From: Sphingobacterium sp. | GTDB lineage: Bacteria; Bacteroidota; Bacteroidia; Sphingobacteriales; Sphingobacteriaceae | DNA: 64,000 nucleotides | NCBI GenBank assembly: GCA_045629405.1 | Contig: JAZQRD010000118.1 | Location: forward strand, 158-64,157 | Direction: 5' to 3' | Shown here: positions 31,169 through 42,014 of the stretch, in pieces | How positions within the stretch are numbered: the stretch's first letter is position 1 | Layout: each line of letters begins with the position of its first letter | The notes under the pieces: model-generated | Seen by the model: the letters and a program-made list of their open reading frames with translations, nothing else | The model's database searches: none | What the model was told of the DNA's origin: nothing | Translations under genes and position numbers: made by a program

Positions 31169-31861
31169 TTATTTTTTAGTATTGATGATTATTACACCAT
31201 TCATAGCACGAGTACCATATAAAGCCGCCTCTGCTCCTTTGAGTAACCTTACTTCATACTCAGTTGGTTTATTCATATATAAATCTTTGTCTTTAGGATG
31301 AATCATTTTTCCATCGAAGATTACCAAAGGGAAGTCTTGATGATTATACCATATGCCATTATTCTTAAATAAAGAAGAATTACCCATTACTCCCTTCAAC
31401 TGATATTCACCATCTGTGAGATTCTCTATAAATCGTGAATAATGATAGCTTGTTAAGGATGAAATAAAGTTTTCAAATTGATTCAGAACAGTTTTTTCAT
31501 GATCCTTCATACCACTACGATAGCCATGAATTTGATTAAGTGAATCGTTAGCAAATTGATATGAAAAGTTGAAAGGTATGCCATCAATTTCAATTGTATT
31601 ATTGGATGAAATACAATCTATATTTAACGAATCTAAGCCTCCTAATAAGATAGTAGTCAATGAGTCTGGTAGTATATATTCACTACTTATACGATGGATA
31701 TTGTCATTTACAATATGATCAATACTTTGATTAACAATCGTTTTATTATTTGTGAAAGTTAGATTATTGTACTTAAAATAAACAATTGATCTATTTTGAG
31801 CTATGGAAGAGAGACTTGACAGCAATAAAAATATAATTGAGAAATAGTTGTGTACCTTCAT
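31169..31861 (-). CDS. Secreted hypothetical protein ending in a TonB-plug-like motif
   Basis: Signal peptide; C-terminal PLVIFDG...LLKGAEAALYGTRAMNGVIIINTKK; no barrel. Confidence 0.7.
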   Translation of the reverse strand: MKVHNYFSIIFLLLSSLSSIAQNRSIVYFKYNNLTFTNNKTIVNQSIDHIVNDNIHRISSEYILPDSLTTILLGGLDSLNIDCISSNNTIEIDGIPFNFSYQFANDSLNQIHGYRSGMKDHEKTVLNQFENFISSLTSYHYSRFIENLTDGEYQLKGVMGNSSLFKNNGIWYNHQDFPLVIFDGKMIHPKDKDLYMNKPTEYEVRLLKGAEAALYGTRAMNGVIIINTKK

Positions 31862-31970
31862 TGAATAATATTTAAAATTGCATAATAACATATCCTATCA
31901 GCCTAATATACAAAAAAGGCAGATTGTGTAATCAATCTGCCTCCAAATAATATACACCTAGGTGTTGTAG

Positions 31971-33050
31971 CTAGAAACAAATTTTTTCACCTACATTCAA
32001 ACCATTATTTTTCGCAAATACACCACACATATGGAATAATAAACGGGCACCTACATTGCCGTCCCACTCATCATTTTCACCTGGGGCTACTTCTACTAGG
32101 TCCATACCAATAATGTTTTTGCCTGACGTAGCTAATTGATTCAATGCATACACGGCTTGTTCGTATGATAAACCTCCTGGTACCGGTGTACCCGTATTTG
32201 GACAGTACCATTGGTACAACGCGTCGATATCGAAAGAAACAGTTACATTTTGTGGCAAGTGAGCAATAATCTCATCGACTTGATCTTTCCAAGTCTTGCC
32301 CTCAAAAGCTGCTTTCTTCAAATCAGCATCAGTATATACTTTTACTTTATCTGATGAATGAACTACTTCAACTTCTTGTTCACAGAAATCACGAATGCCT
32401 ACTTGAACCAATTTACTTACTTCTGGTAATTGTATTGCATTGTACATAATAGATGCATGCGAATAAGTAAAACCTTCATACGCTTTACGTAAATCCATAT
32501 GTGCATCAAAATGTAAAATTCCAAAGTTATCATACTGCGCAGCTAAAGCTTGGTAATAACCTAATGGTGTAGAGTGATCGCCTCCTAATAAGATCACTTT
32601 TTTACCTTGAGCCGTCCATGACAATACACGCTCTTTCAACTCAGTGTTCAACTGTGTAGAAGCCACATTAATACGGTCTAAATCCGCTTTTAATATGGTG
32701 TTATCCTCGACGTTTTCACCATTTTCTAATGCCTCGATGATAGGCTGCGCTAAAGTTTTAAATTTAGCCGAGTTTTCTGCCCATTGAGCAGGAGCTTCAT
32801 CCATATAAATACCTAGCTTCCACAGTTCCGGGAAATCTTGGTGTAGTAAATCTACTTGAAAAGACGCATCAAATATAGCCTCAGGACCTTCAGACGCTCC
32901 AGCGCCGTAGCTAACCGTTACTTCCCAAGGTACTGGGATAATTATAATCTCACTTTCTTCGGCTGTAAATGGTAAACCATAAATGCTTGCATCAGCTAAT
33001 CCAGGTTGAGATGGATCGAAGTTATCTATTTTCTCTTGTTTTGTTGCCAT
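31971..33050 (-). CDS. Agmatinase/ureohydrolase family protein
   Basis: GGDHS, HFDAHMD, SFDID, TGTPVPGG and DLVEVAP motifs. Confidence 0.92.
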   Translation of the reverse strand: MATKQEKIDNFDPSQPGLADASIYGLPFTAEESEIIIIPVPWEVTVSYGAGASEGPEAIFDASFQVDLLHQDFPELWKLGIYMDEAPAQWAENSAKFKTLAQPIIEALENGENVEDNTILKADLDRINVASTQLNTELKERVLSWTAQGKKVILLGGDHSTPLGYYQALAAQYDNFGILHFDAHMDLRKAYEGFTYSHASIMYNAIQLPEVSKLVQVGIRDFCEQEVEVVHSSDKVKVYTDADLKKAAFEGKTWKDQVDEIIAHLPQNVTVSFDIDALYQWYCPNTGTPVPGGLSYEQAVYALNQLATSGKNIIGMDLVEVAPGENDEWDGNVGARLLFHMCGVFAKNNGLNVGEKICF

Positions 33051-33149
33051 TGCTATAACCTAAAAATTTATGCAAATATAAGACTTATGTATAAAAATAA
33101 AGCGACCTAAATAGTCGCCTTATTAATTATGATATTTTGAAATAGGGTA

Positions 33150-33953
33150 TTATTTTTTGTAGTAATTCATTGCCTCAGGAATTAAACTTTGAAGCTGAGC
33201 AATACGTCTAGCGTCACTAGGGTGAGTACTTAACCATTCTGCTTGCTGCGCACCAGATTTAGCACCTGCCATTCTTTCCCAAAATTTGATAGCATCATTA
33301 GGATTGTACCCTGCCATTGCCATGATTATTAAACCAGCTTTATCTGCCGCAAGCTCATCGTTTCTAGAGAATTTCAACATACCTATAGGCGCACCTATAC
33401 CGTATAATTGATTCATAACAGCAATGCCTTTATTACCCGATATCGTTCCAGCAGCACCTAATACTTGAGCACCAAGCTGTAGTGCCATCTGATTTGATGC
33501 TTGAGCTACTGAATGTTCTTCAATCGCGTGAGCAATTTCATGCCCCATGATAGTCGCAAGACCTCCTTCTGTTCCAGAAATTGGCAAAATGCCTGTGTAG
33601 ACAGCTACTTTACCACCCGGCATACACCAAGCGTTTACATCTGGACTTTGAATTAAATTGAACTCCCAATTGAAATCGTATTTATCTGCTACACCTTTTT
33701 CTCTTAAATAGCGCATGGTAGCAGCTGCAATATTATTACCTACTCTTTTGACAGCTGTAGCATCAGCTGTACCAGTAATTACCTTCGTGCTAGAATTTGT
33801 TAAAAACTCCTTATAAGACAATGTAGCCTGCTCATTAATAGCATCACTACTAACTAGCTTTAAATACCTTCTACCAGTTACAGCTGATGTAGCACAACCA
33901 GCTAATGTAGCTATAGCCATAATAAAGGCTGAATATCTAATAATCTTTTTCAT
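33150..33953 (-). CDS. M48 family metallopeptidase lipoprotein
   Basis: LAGC lipobox; NAWCMPGG, HEIAH, ELAAD and STHP motifs. Confidence 0.93.
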   Translation of the reverse strand: MKKIIRYSAFIMAIATLAGCATSAVTGRRYLKLVSSDAINEQATLSYKEFLTNSSTKVITGTADATAVKRVGNNIAAATMRYLREKGVADKYDFNWEFNLIQSPDVNAWCMPGGKVAVYTGILPISGTEGGLATIMGHEIAHAIEEHSVAQASNQMALQLGAQVLGAAGTISGNKGIAVMNQLYGIGAPIGMLKFSRNDELAADKAGLIIMAMAGYNPNDAIKFWERMAGAKSGAQQAEWLSTHPSDARRIAQLQSLIPEAMNYYKK

Positions 33954-34020
33954 AATGTACTTTTCAAATGTAATTTACTGTTTATTAAACAATCCCTTTG
34001 CGTAAAAGTTTAATTTCAAG

Positions 34021-34665
34021 TTACGGTTTTTTCCTAAATAAGTAAATTCTAGACTCATGCCCTTTCAGCAATCTTTCAATATTTTTCTGATGCGTTATTA
34101 ATATTAATGCACATATCGCTATTGCGTAAAGCATAACAGATGGAACAGATGTCTTAAATATAAGAGCTAAACTTATCGGAAATGTAAAACCTGCAAGTAT
34201 TGAACTCAAAGACACATATTTACTGATTAATAAACAAATAATAAAAATAGAAACGCAGCATATTGCGGCCGGTAGATGGATTGCTAGTACCATCCCAAAT
34301 AGCGTAGCAACACCTTTCCCCCCCCTAAAACCTGCAAATAATGGAAATAGGTGTCCCAAGACGGCAATTACACCTAGCGCAAGCTGAAAGTTGACAAAAT
34401 GAGTTGAATTTGTGTTTCCGACAATTGATGAATCTAATAAATATGGCAAATTGGTAGCTGTCCAACCTTTGAATATGTCTACAAACATTACAATAGCACC
34501 TGCTCGTTTACCTAATACACGAAATGTGTTGGTAGCGCCAGCATTCCCACTTCCATATTCTCGTACATCAACTCCATAAAATGCTTGACCAAACCATACT
34601 GCAGTAGGTATTGATCCAAACATATATGCTAGTATGACGACGGCAACTAAATATATTGAAATCAT
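34021..34665 (-). CDS. plsY: Glycerol-3-phosphate acyltransferase
   Basis: GSGNAGATN, GH...FRGGKGVAT and HQKNIERL motifs. Confidence 0.96.
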   Translation of the reverse strand: MISIYLVAVVILAYMFGSIPTAVWFGQAFYGVDVREYGSGNAGATNTFRVLGKRAGAIVMFVDIFKGWTATNLPYLLDSSIVGNTNSTHFVNFQLALGVIAVLGHLFPLFAGFRGGKGVATLFGMVLAIHLPAAICCVSIFIICLLISKYVSLSSILAGFTFPISLALIFKTSVPSVMLYAIAICALILITHQKNIERLLKGHESRIYLFRKKP

Positions 34666-34686
34666 TAACTAAATATTTCCTAAAAA

Positions 34687-35544
34687 CTAAACAAGCTTGG
34701 CTTTAAGACTTAAATCCAAACTTTTAACGCTATGCGTCAATGCACCTACAGAAATGAAATCCACTCCTGCTAACGCATAGTCACGTATTGTATCTAACGT
34801 AATTCCTCCTGATGCTTCCGTAATTAATCTATTGTTGACCAATTTGACTGCTTTAGAAACGTCTTCAGGGGTGAAATTATCGAACATTACACGATCCACA
34901 CCAGTACATGTCAACAACTCGTTTAATTCCTCAAAGTTACGAACTTCGACCTCAACTGGAATATTAATTTTATTAACATTCTTATAATCGATAACATTAT
35001 TAACAGCATTGGTTATTGATCCAGCATAGTCCACGTGATTATCTTTAACTAAAATCATATCGTATAAGCCAAATCTGTGGTTCTCTCCTCCTCCAATTTT
35101 CACGGCTTGTTTTTCCAAAAACCTTAGCAGAGGTGTAGTCTTACGTGTGTCAAGCACTTTGCATGATGTACCTATTAACTGTTTAACATAAGTTGAAGTC
35201 TGTGTAGCAATTCCAGACATGCGTTGCATGACATTCAAGACCAAACGTTCGGCAATAAGTATAGAATGTATTTTACCTTTAACTGTTAGAACAACATCAC
35301 CCGATTTTACAACATCCCCATCACTAATAAATACATTTAGAACAAAGTCAGAGTCTACTTCTTTGAAAATTTGTACAGCTACTTCAACTCCAGCAAGCAC
35401 ACCATCCTCCTTAACTAATAGTGTAGCTTCACCTAATTTATACTCTGGTAATGAGGCTAGTGAGGTATGATCACCATCTCGCACGTCTTCTTCTAATGCA
35501 CGCTTAACAAATGATATTAACTCGTTTTTATATGTTTGATCCAT
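34687..35544 (-). CDS. nadC: Quinolinate phosphoribosyltransferase
   Basis: DTRKT, NHRFGLYD, KDNH, EASGGI and SVGALTHS motifs. Confidence 0.97.
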   Translation of the reverse strand: MDQTYKNELISFVKRALEEDVRDGDHTSLASLPEYKLGEATLLVKEDGVLAGVEVAVQIFKEVDSDFVLNVFISDGDVVKSGDVVLTVKGKIHSILIAERLVLNVMQRMSGIATQTSTYVKQLIGTSCKVLDTRKTTPLLRFLEKQAVKIGGGENHRFGLYDMILVKDNHVDYAGSITNAVNNVIDYKNVNKINIPVEVEVRNFEELNELLTCTGVDRVMFDNFTPEDVSKAVKLVNNRLITEASGGITLDTIRDYALAGVDFISVGALTHSVKSLDLSLKAKLV

Positions 35545-35625
35545 GAAATTTAACCTTAAATAATTAGCTAAGATGATTAAAATATATCTATTCTAAAAAT
35601 CCATAATTATTGACCTAATGTTTAT

Positions 35626-36015
35626 TTAATTGACTTTAAGTTCTGATATCAATACATCATCCTTAATTTCAATTGTTTTCATAAAAAATTTGAAACTTTT
35701 TTTTGCAGTCCTTACATCTAAAATAATATATGTTCTATCTTGATTAGAATTAGAAGTATTCAATCCACTCACTTCAACAACTCTATTATTCTTTAGAAAA
35801 TCTGCTAAAACTAACTCTGCTTGGTACTTTGTAGATATAGAACTTCGTTGATTAATTTGAAGACTAATAGAAGTATTAAAATGCTTCGCAATATCTTTAG
35901 CGTTATTATCTTTTAAAGCAGCAACGATTGAGTTCTGTAATGTTCCTATCTGAAATGAACTTAGAGTAATCAATGTAGCAATAATAGTTATGTATCGGAA
36001 TATTATTTTTTTCAT
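35626..36015 (-). CDS. DUF4783-like secreted protein
   Basis: Signal peptide; 'KYQAELVLADFLKNN' pattern; lies between nadC and gpmI. Confidence 0.7.
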   Translation of the reverse strand: MKKIIFRYITIIATLITLSSFQIGTLQNSIVAALKDNNAKDIAKHFNTSISLQINQRSSISTKYQAELVLADFLKNNRVVEVSGLNTSNSNQDRTYIILDVRTAKKSFKFFMKTIEIKDDVLISELKVN

Positions 36016-36147
36016 ATGAAGCGGCAAATATAATGCTTTAGAGCAATTGATAATTAATTAATATTAATTAATCTAAAATGATGCCATATTTGCAATTTTT
36101 ACAGACTGTTTTGAATAACTGTTAGGCTATATTTTTTATATTTGTGT

Positions 36148-37683
36148 GTGAACGAAACGAACAATAAGAAAGTAGCCTTACTTATCCTGGATGGATTAGG
36201 TTATGGCAATGAAGATGATTCAAATGCTGTATTAGCAGCAAAAATTCCTTTTTTAAATAAAATTCTTGCAGACTATCCAAATTCAAAATTAGAGGCTTCT
36301 GGAGAAGCTGTTGGATTACCAAAAGGTCAAATGGGTAACTCTGAAGTAGGTCACATGAACTTAGGTGCAGGACGTGTTGTTTATCAGGAATTAGGTCGCA
36401 TCAACAAAGCTGCTGAAGATGGTATTTTTGAAACTCACCAAGTCATTCAAGATGCTTTTAACTATGCAAAAGCACAGAATAAAAAAGTTCATTTTATTGG
36501 ATTGCTTTCTGATGGTGGTGTACACGCGCATATTAATCATTTAAAAGCATTATGTGATGCTGCTAAGATCGCGGGACTTACTAGCGAAGAGGTTTTTATT
36601 CACGCATTCTTAGATGGCCGTGATACGGATCCTAATGGTGGGCTTAACTATGTAAAAGAAATTGAATCTCATCTTGCAACGTCTGTGGGTACTATTGCTT
36701 CAGCTATTGGAAGATACTATGCTATGGATCGTGACAATCGTTGGGAACGTGTAAAGGAAACTTACGATTTATTGATAAAAGGTATAGGTACACCGTCTAC
36801 AGATTTGCAAGCCTCTATTAAAGCATCATATGCTAATGAAATCACAGATGAATTTATAAAGCCCATCGTGATGAATAATGAAAATGGCGATCCTGTTGCT
36901 TTAATCGAAGAAGGTGATGTTGTATTTTGCTATAACTTCCGTACTGATCGTGGGCGTGAAATCACGATTGCATTGACGCAAGAAGAATTCCCAGAATATG
37001 ACTTGAAGCCACTTGATCTGTATTATGTGACTATGACCTCATACGATGATACATTTAAAGGTGTGAAGGTTGTATTTCAAAAAGATAACTTAAGTAACAC
37101 TTTAGGTGAAGCATTAGAAGCTCAAGGAAAGACCCAGGTACGTATTGCAGAAACTGAAAAATACCCACATGTTACCTTCTTTTTCTCAGGAGGCCGCGAA
37201 GTTGAATTTACAGGTGAACGTAGACTATTGGTTCCTTCACCCAAGGTAGCGACTTATGACCTACAACCTGAAATGAGTGCACAAGGTATTTGTGATGCAA
37301 TCTGTGCTGACATGAATACTAACCAACCAGATTTTATATGCCTCAATTTTGCTAATCCAGATATGGTTGGACATACCGGTGTCTTCGATGCGGTTGTTAA
37401 AGCTATAGAAACTGTAGATCGATGCACCCAAAAAGTCGTAGAAACAGGATTAGCGAATGGTTATTCCTTCATCATATTAGCTGATCATGGAAACTCAGAA
37501 TTTATGGTAAATGAAGATGGCTCACCAAATACAGCTCACACAACCAACTTAGTACCATGTATCTTGATTGATAAGGATTTCAAATCCATTAAAGATGGTA
37601 AACTAGGTGATATTGCACCAACAGTTCTTCGCTTATTGGATCTAGAGATTCCATTAGAAATGACAGGTGATGTATTGGTCTAA
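36148..37683 (+). CDS. gpmI: 2,3-BPG-independent phosphoglycerate mutase (probable GTG start)
   Basis: LILDG, GQMGNSEVGH, AETEKYPHVTFF, DMVGHTG and ADHGN motifs. Confidence 0.97.
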   Translation: MNETNNKKVALLILDGLGYGNEDDSNAVLAAKIPFLNKILADYPNSKLEASGEAVGLPKGQMGNSEVGHMNLGAGRVVYQELGRINKAAEDGIFETHQVIQDAFNYAKAQNKKVHFIGLLSDGGVHAHINHLKALCDAAKIAGLTSEEVFIHAFLDGRDTDPNGGLNYVKEIESHLATSVGTIASAIGRYYAMDRDNRWERVKETYDLLIKGIGTPSTDLQASIKASYANEITDEFIKPIVMNNENGDPVALIEEGDVVFCYNFRTDRGREITIALTQEEFPEYDLKPLDLYYVTMTSYDDTFKGVKVVFQKDNLSNTLGEALEAQGKTQVRIAETEKYPHVTFFFSGGREVEFTGERRLLVPSPKVATYDLQPEMSAQGICDAICADMNTNQPDFICLNFANPDMVGHTGVFDAVVKAIETVDRCTQKVVETGLANGYSFIILADHGNSEFMVNEDGSPNTAHTTNLVPCILIDKDFKSIKDGKLGDIAPTVLRLLDLEIPLEMTGDVLV

Positions 37684-38230
37684 TAATTTCATAAAAGCTA
37701 CAATTGCAGGGCTACTATTGTCCTGCAATATTGGTTTACACTCATGCTCTGAAACTTCTTCTAAACATGATTCGATCAATAACGCCGAACTATTTGATAT
37801 ACCGACATTTATTGAGCGAGAAATTGCATTATTAAAGAAAGCTAATCCAAAAGTACTTAAATCGGTTTCAAAAGATCATCATAACGAAGAAAAATTGATT
37901 TCTATTGATTCTTGGGATAATGAATTATCAAGTTTTAAGTCGGTTGATTTACGAAAAGGAGTCTATAAAGGTTTTATAAATAAGGATTCCACAGATAATA
38001 TAGTAACGTATACCTTTCAAAGTGACGATGTGGATCTGTCTAAAGTGGAAATTATCTACAGCGGAGATTTGCCGACTCAAATTAAGATTGAGCGAAAAGT
38101 GAATAATTTATTATACGATACTAAGGAAGTATTATCCTATACCGTAGGGAAAAATTATACTGTTGAGAAAGTCCAAGACGTATGGATACTTGGCGAGAGC
38201 AAATATCTTATTAATGGGCGTATACAATAA
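37670..38230 (+). CDS. Hypothetical lipoprotein
   Basis: Lipobox-like LHSC; start overlaps gpmI end; start position uncertain. Confidence 0.7.
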   Translation: MYWSNNFIKATIAGLLLSCNIGLHSCSETSSKHDSINNAELFDIPTFIEREIALLKKANPKVLKSVSKDHHNEEKLISIDSWDNELSSFKSVDLRKGVYKGFINKDSTDNIVTYTFQSDDVDLSKVEIIYSGDLPTQIKIERKVNNLLYDTKEVLSYTVGKNYTVEKVQDVWILGESKYLINGRIQ

Positions 38231-38231
38231 T

Positions 38232-38265
38232 AAAAAGGAGGATGCTTAATCACACCCTCCTTTTT
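38232..38265. terminator. Bidirectional terminator
   Basis: AAAAAGGAGG...CCTCCTTTTT between convergent genes. Confidence 0.75.
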
Positions 38266-38267
38266 AT

Positions 38268-39035
38268 TTAATTATTTGAAGTTTTCTTAAGAGCTGATTT
38301 TTTCATTGCTCGAATATTTAAAAACTCGACCAATACCGAGAATGCCATAGCAAAGTATATATAACCTTTAGGTATATGTTGGTCAAACGCCTCGGCAGTA
38401 AGCGAAACTCCGATTAATAGCAAGAATGCTAATGCTAACATTTTAACCGTTGGATGGTCATTAACGAACTTACTGATAGATTCTGCTGAAACTAACATAA
38501 TACCAACTGCTACGATCACAGATGCAATCATAACACCTATTTGATCAACCATTCCGACTGCAGTAATTACAGAATCCAAAGAAAATACTAAATCCAAAAT
38601 AATAATTTGTAGGATTACTGAAGAGAAGGAAACGATTTTACCATTTTTTAGATGCTCCTCGTTATCGCCTTCAACTTTGTGATGTATTTCTGTAGTACTT
38701 TTATAAATCAGGAACAAGCCTCCAATAAATAAAATTAAGTCTCGACCTGAAAGAATCATATATTGTGAGATCTCTGGATTAGTGACATTAAACCAATCTG
38801 CGAAGTTCACTAATGGCTGAGTCAATCCCATCACCCACTTAATAGAGAATAATAACCCTACGCGCATTACCAATGCAAGTAGTAGACCAATTTGTCTAGC
38901 CTTCTTTTGTTGCTCAGCAGGGAGCTTGGCACTCTGTATTGATATAAATACAATATTATCAATCCCTAACACAATCTCCAAAATGGTCAGTGTCAAGAAA
39001 GAAATCCAAATCTGTGGGTCTGTGATCCAATCCAT
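38268..39035 (-). CDS. TerC family membrane protein
   Basis: LEIVLGIDN, DLVFSLDSVITAVG and PKGYIYFAMAFS motifs. Confidence 0.95.
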   Translation of the reverse strand: MDWITDPQIWISFLTLTILEIVLGIDNIVFISIQSAKLPAEQQKKARQIGLLLALVMRVGLLFSIKWVMGLTQPLVNFADWFNVTNPEISQYMILSGRDLILFIGGLFLIYKSTTEIHHKVEGDNEEHLKNGKIVSFSSVILQIIILDLVFSLDSVITAVGMVDQIGVMIASVIVAVGIMLVSAESISKFVNDHPTVKMLALAFLLLIGVSLTAEAFDQHIPKGYIYFAMAFSVLVEFLNIRAMKKSALKKTSNN

Positions 39036-39085
39036 ATAGTTGTAAAAAATTTAGTTTAATATAATTTGTTTAGTTAATAATGTAA

Positions 39086-39619
39086 TTAATCTGTATATGA
39101 GGCCAATGAAATAATATTGTTGCTAAAACGATCCAAACGTCCCTGAGAATTCAAAAAATCCAACGAAATAACAAATGAAAATCCAGCAACTTTACCCCCT
39201 AATTTTTCGACTAATTTGGCAGCAGCAACAACTGTGCCACCTGTCGCTAATAAATCATCATGAATTAGAATTTTTGAGCCTATAGGAAATGCATCTTCAT
39301 GAATTTCTATCGTTGCCTGACCATACTCTAATTTATATGATTCAGCAATTGTTTTATAAGGTAATTTTCCTTGTTTCCGAATAGGAATAAAAGGAATATT
39401 CATATAATTTGCTAGCATCAATCCAAAGAGGAATCCCCTACTTTCTATGCCTGCTATCATATCTATCTCTATATTTTCTAGACGTTTAGCAAATTCTGCA
39501 ATAATATCTGAACATAGATTTTGATCTTTAAGGATTGGAGTTATGTCTTTGAATACAATTCCAGATTGAGGAAAATTAGGGATGTCTCGTATTGCATTCT
39601 TAAGCCTATTTTCGAACAT
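39086..39619 (-). CDS. apt: Adenine phosphoribosyltransferase
   Basis: FKDIT, ESRGF, RKQGKLP, YKLEYG and HDDLLATGGT motifs. Confidence 0.96.
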   Translation of the reverse strand: MFENRLKNAIRDIPNFPQSGIVFKDITPILKDQNLCSDIIAEFAKRLENIEIDMIAGIESRGFLFGLMLANYMNIPFIPIRKQGKLPYKTIAESYKLEYGQATIEIHEDAFPIGSKILIHDDLLATGGTVVAAAKLVEKLGGKVAGFSFVISLDFLNSQGRLDRFSNNIISLASYTD

Positions 39620-39622
39620 ACT

Positions 39623-40528
39623 TTAAAATTTTAAATAAGGTCCAATTTTACGCAAAAATTCTTGATCTAGACCATGAAGTTTTCCTAAATCGATCAAATT
39701 ACTGAAGTATCCATGTTGATTTCTATAGTTCACAATTAATTGAGCTTGTTTATTGTTTATATAGGGATGTTTTCGAAGCTCCTCTTGAGTCACGTTGTTG
39801 ATTGGTATAAGCTTTACGTTGTTAAGTCCTAATTTAGCATATTTCAGCAGCTCGTCTTGTGTTTCCGTGCTCAATCCATAAACCTCCTTCAACTGGTCAA
39901 GATCATAAAATCCTCCCAAAGCATCTCTAAATTTAAGTATTCGCGCTGAAAGTACTGAACCTATGCCTCTTATTTTAAGGAGTTGTACTGTATCAGCTAG
40001 ATTTATATCGAAAGATCGAATGACCTCTTCTTCATTAGATCTACTAGAATTGGATTTATATGAGTTTGTGTTTGATAAATTGTCTTTAGGTATATCAATA
40101 TATGAGTCAAGATTAGTATACATTTCATCGCTGATGACATATATTTTTTTTAGATCCTCTTTAATTCTAAATTTACCACCCTTCGATTCATATTTGTATA
40201 TGACATCAATTTGCTTATTGGTGAGTCCTAATTTTTTCCATTCCTCACGAGCCAAATTATTAGGATTGAAGCGAAAGTAAGAAATCGATGATTTCTTGGA
40301 TGAATTGGATTTTGTTGCTACTGTCTTACTATATTCTCGTGGTGCTTCATTGAAGATTATTGTCCTATCAGGATTTAGCTTCGATAATGAATGGTCAAAT
40401 TCACTATCATCTAATGTTAATTTATAAACGAAAGGTATCAGCAATATCAACAAAGTCAATATAGCTAATACCAAAATGCCTCGCCTTTCATATTTCGTGA
40501 AATGAAAAAAATCGTAGAATTTTTGCAT
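39623..40528 (-). CDS. ComEA-like helix-hairpin-helix DNA-binding protein
   Basis: N-terminal TM; FNPN, DINLADTVQLLKIRGIG and further HhH repeats. Confidence 0.88.
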   Translation of the reverse strand: MQKFYDFFHFTKYERRGILVLAILTLLILLIPFVYKLTLDDSEFDHSLSKLNPDRTIIFNEAPREYSKTVATKSNSSKKSSISYFRFNPNNLAREEWKKLGLTNKQIDVIYKYESKGGKFRIKEDLKKIYVISDEMYTNLDSYIDIPKDNLSNTNSYKSNSSRSNEEEVIRSFDINLADTVQLLKIRGIGSVLSARILKFRDALGGFYDLDQLKEVYGLSTETQDELLKYAKLGLNNVKLIPINNVTQEELRKHPYINNKQAQLIVNYRNQHGYFSNLIDLGKLHGLDQEFLRKIGPYLKF

Positions 40529-40609
40529 AACTGATATTAACTTACATTAGTATAATTCTTAAAAACGTATTTTGTTTGGTACTTTTGCCTCGAACAATAC
40601 AATTTTAGC

Positions 40610-41218
40610 ATGTATCTAATAAATACACCTTTCTTTCTTAGATGGTATTATACAGGAGTGACATGGAATCGCTCACGTAAAGAAAAAAAATTGTATTTAA
40701 CATTTGATGATGGACCCATTCCTGAAATTACCCCATGGATACTAGACATTCTTTCATCATACAATATAAAAGCCACATTCTTCTGTGTTGGTGAGAATAT
40801 AGTGAAGCATCCTTCTATTTTTGAGAGATTGATATCTGATGGACACCGCATAGGCAACCATACCTATAATCATCTCAAAGGTTGGGAAACTACTGATCAA
40901 GATTATTTTGATAATATCCAGAAATGTAATTCGCTAACGAAATCTAATTTATTCAGGCCACCATACGCGCGCGCTAAAAAATCTCAAATAAATAAATTGA
41001 AGAAAAATTACGAGTTGATTTATTGGGATGTATTGTCAGGTGATTTTGATATCAACTTAACACCAGAAAAGTGTCTGAAGAATGTAATTGATTATACGAA
41101 AAATGGCTCTATTATTGTCTTTCACGACAATATTAAAGCCATTCCTCGGGTTAAATATACTTTGCCCAGATTTATTGAATTTGCTTTGGAGCAGGGCTTT
41201 ACTTTTGACAGGCTTTAA
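40610..41218 (+). CDS. Polysaccharide deacetylase (CE4)
   Basis: TFDDGP, NHTYNH, FRPPY and IVFHD motifs. Confidence 0.93.
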   Translation: MYLINTPFFLRWYYTGVTWNRSRKEKKLYLTFDDGPIPEITPWILDILSSYNIKATFFCVGENIVKHPSIFERLISDGHRIGNHTYNHLKGWETTDQDYFDNIQKCNSLTKSNLFRPPYARAKKSQINKLKKNYELIYWDVLSGDFDINLTPEKCLKNVIDYTKNGSIIVFHDNIKAIPRVKYTLPRFIEFALEQGFTFDRL

Positions 41219-42006
41219 TTATTACCACTTCCATCGGTAACAAGAAATTTGTAAGTTTTAGCACTACTCACTGAAAAGTATCCTAGCGCTCCATTTGAAA
41301 TATTGGATGTTGGATTTGCCGGTGCAGCACTTCCTGGATTAATCGATTGCAATTCATTCCAATATTTAAATACGTGCTGATCAATTATATAGCGAGTCAC
41401 GCTAACAGAATCTCCAACCGCTAAAGAATTATCTTTATTTGTCATCTCATGCGTCACAAATAGCCCATCATTGAATTTATCAGAGAACGCACGTGCAAAT
41501 TCAAATGGTTTATTATTGACCGATATACTATATTTATAATAGTTATCCATATCCTTTGGATCTGTAAATTTCAAATTTACACTATATCTCATTTCTCCAA
41601 ATACTTCATCCTCCATCACACCTAGAGAATCTACTTGGACATAAGGATTCATATAAGATGATGCCGTAAATTCTTCACTTCCAATATTGACTTTGAGTTT
41701 ATAGGATCTATTCTCCATTGGCCTGAAGTTAGTTGCTTGGTATTGACCATTACCTGTATGTAAGAAAGAAAATAATCGTCCACGATCATCTTCTACAGAT
41801 ACCGTAGCATCCTCTACAGGCGCTGATGATACAGTCGCGCTAAAAGGAACAGTTTGGGATATCTTTATAACTTGCCTATTAGACATATTATGTATGTTAG
41901 CATCAATTACGTAGCGTGAATCTGCATTATTGAGATTCACATCAATAATATCTTCGCATGAACTGAGAGCTAAAATGGTAGATAATACTAATATATATTT
42001 ATACAT
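41215..42006 (-). CDS. DUF4249 family lipoprotein
   Basis: LSSCED lipobox; C-terminal PANPTSNISNGALGYF; directly downstream of the TonB receptor. Confidence 0.85.
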   Translation of the reverse strand: MYKYILVLSTILALSSCEDIIDVNLNNADSRYVIDANIHNMSNRQVIKISQTVPFSATVSSAPVEDATVSVEDDRGRLFSFLHTGNGQYQATNFRPMENRSYKLKVNIGSEEFTASSYMNPYVQVDSLGVMEDEVFGEMRYSVNLKFTDPKDMDNYYKYSISVNNKPFEFARAFSDKFNDGLFVTHEMTNKDNSLAVGDSVSVTRYIIDQHVFKYWNELQSINPGSAAPANPTSNISNGALGYFSVSSAKTYKFLVTDGSGNN

Positions 42007-42014
42007 GACGATGA

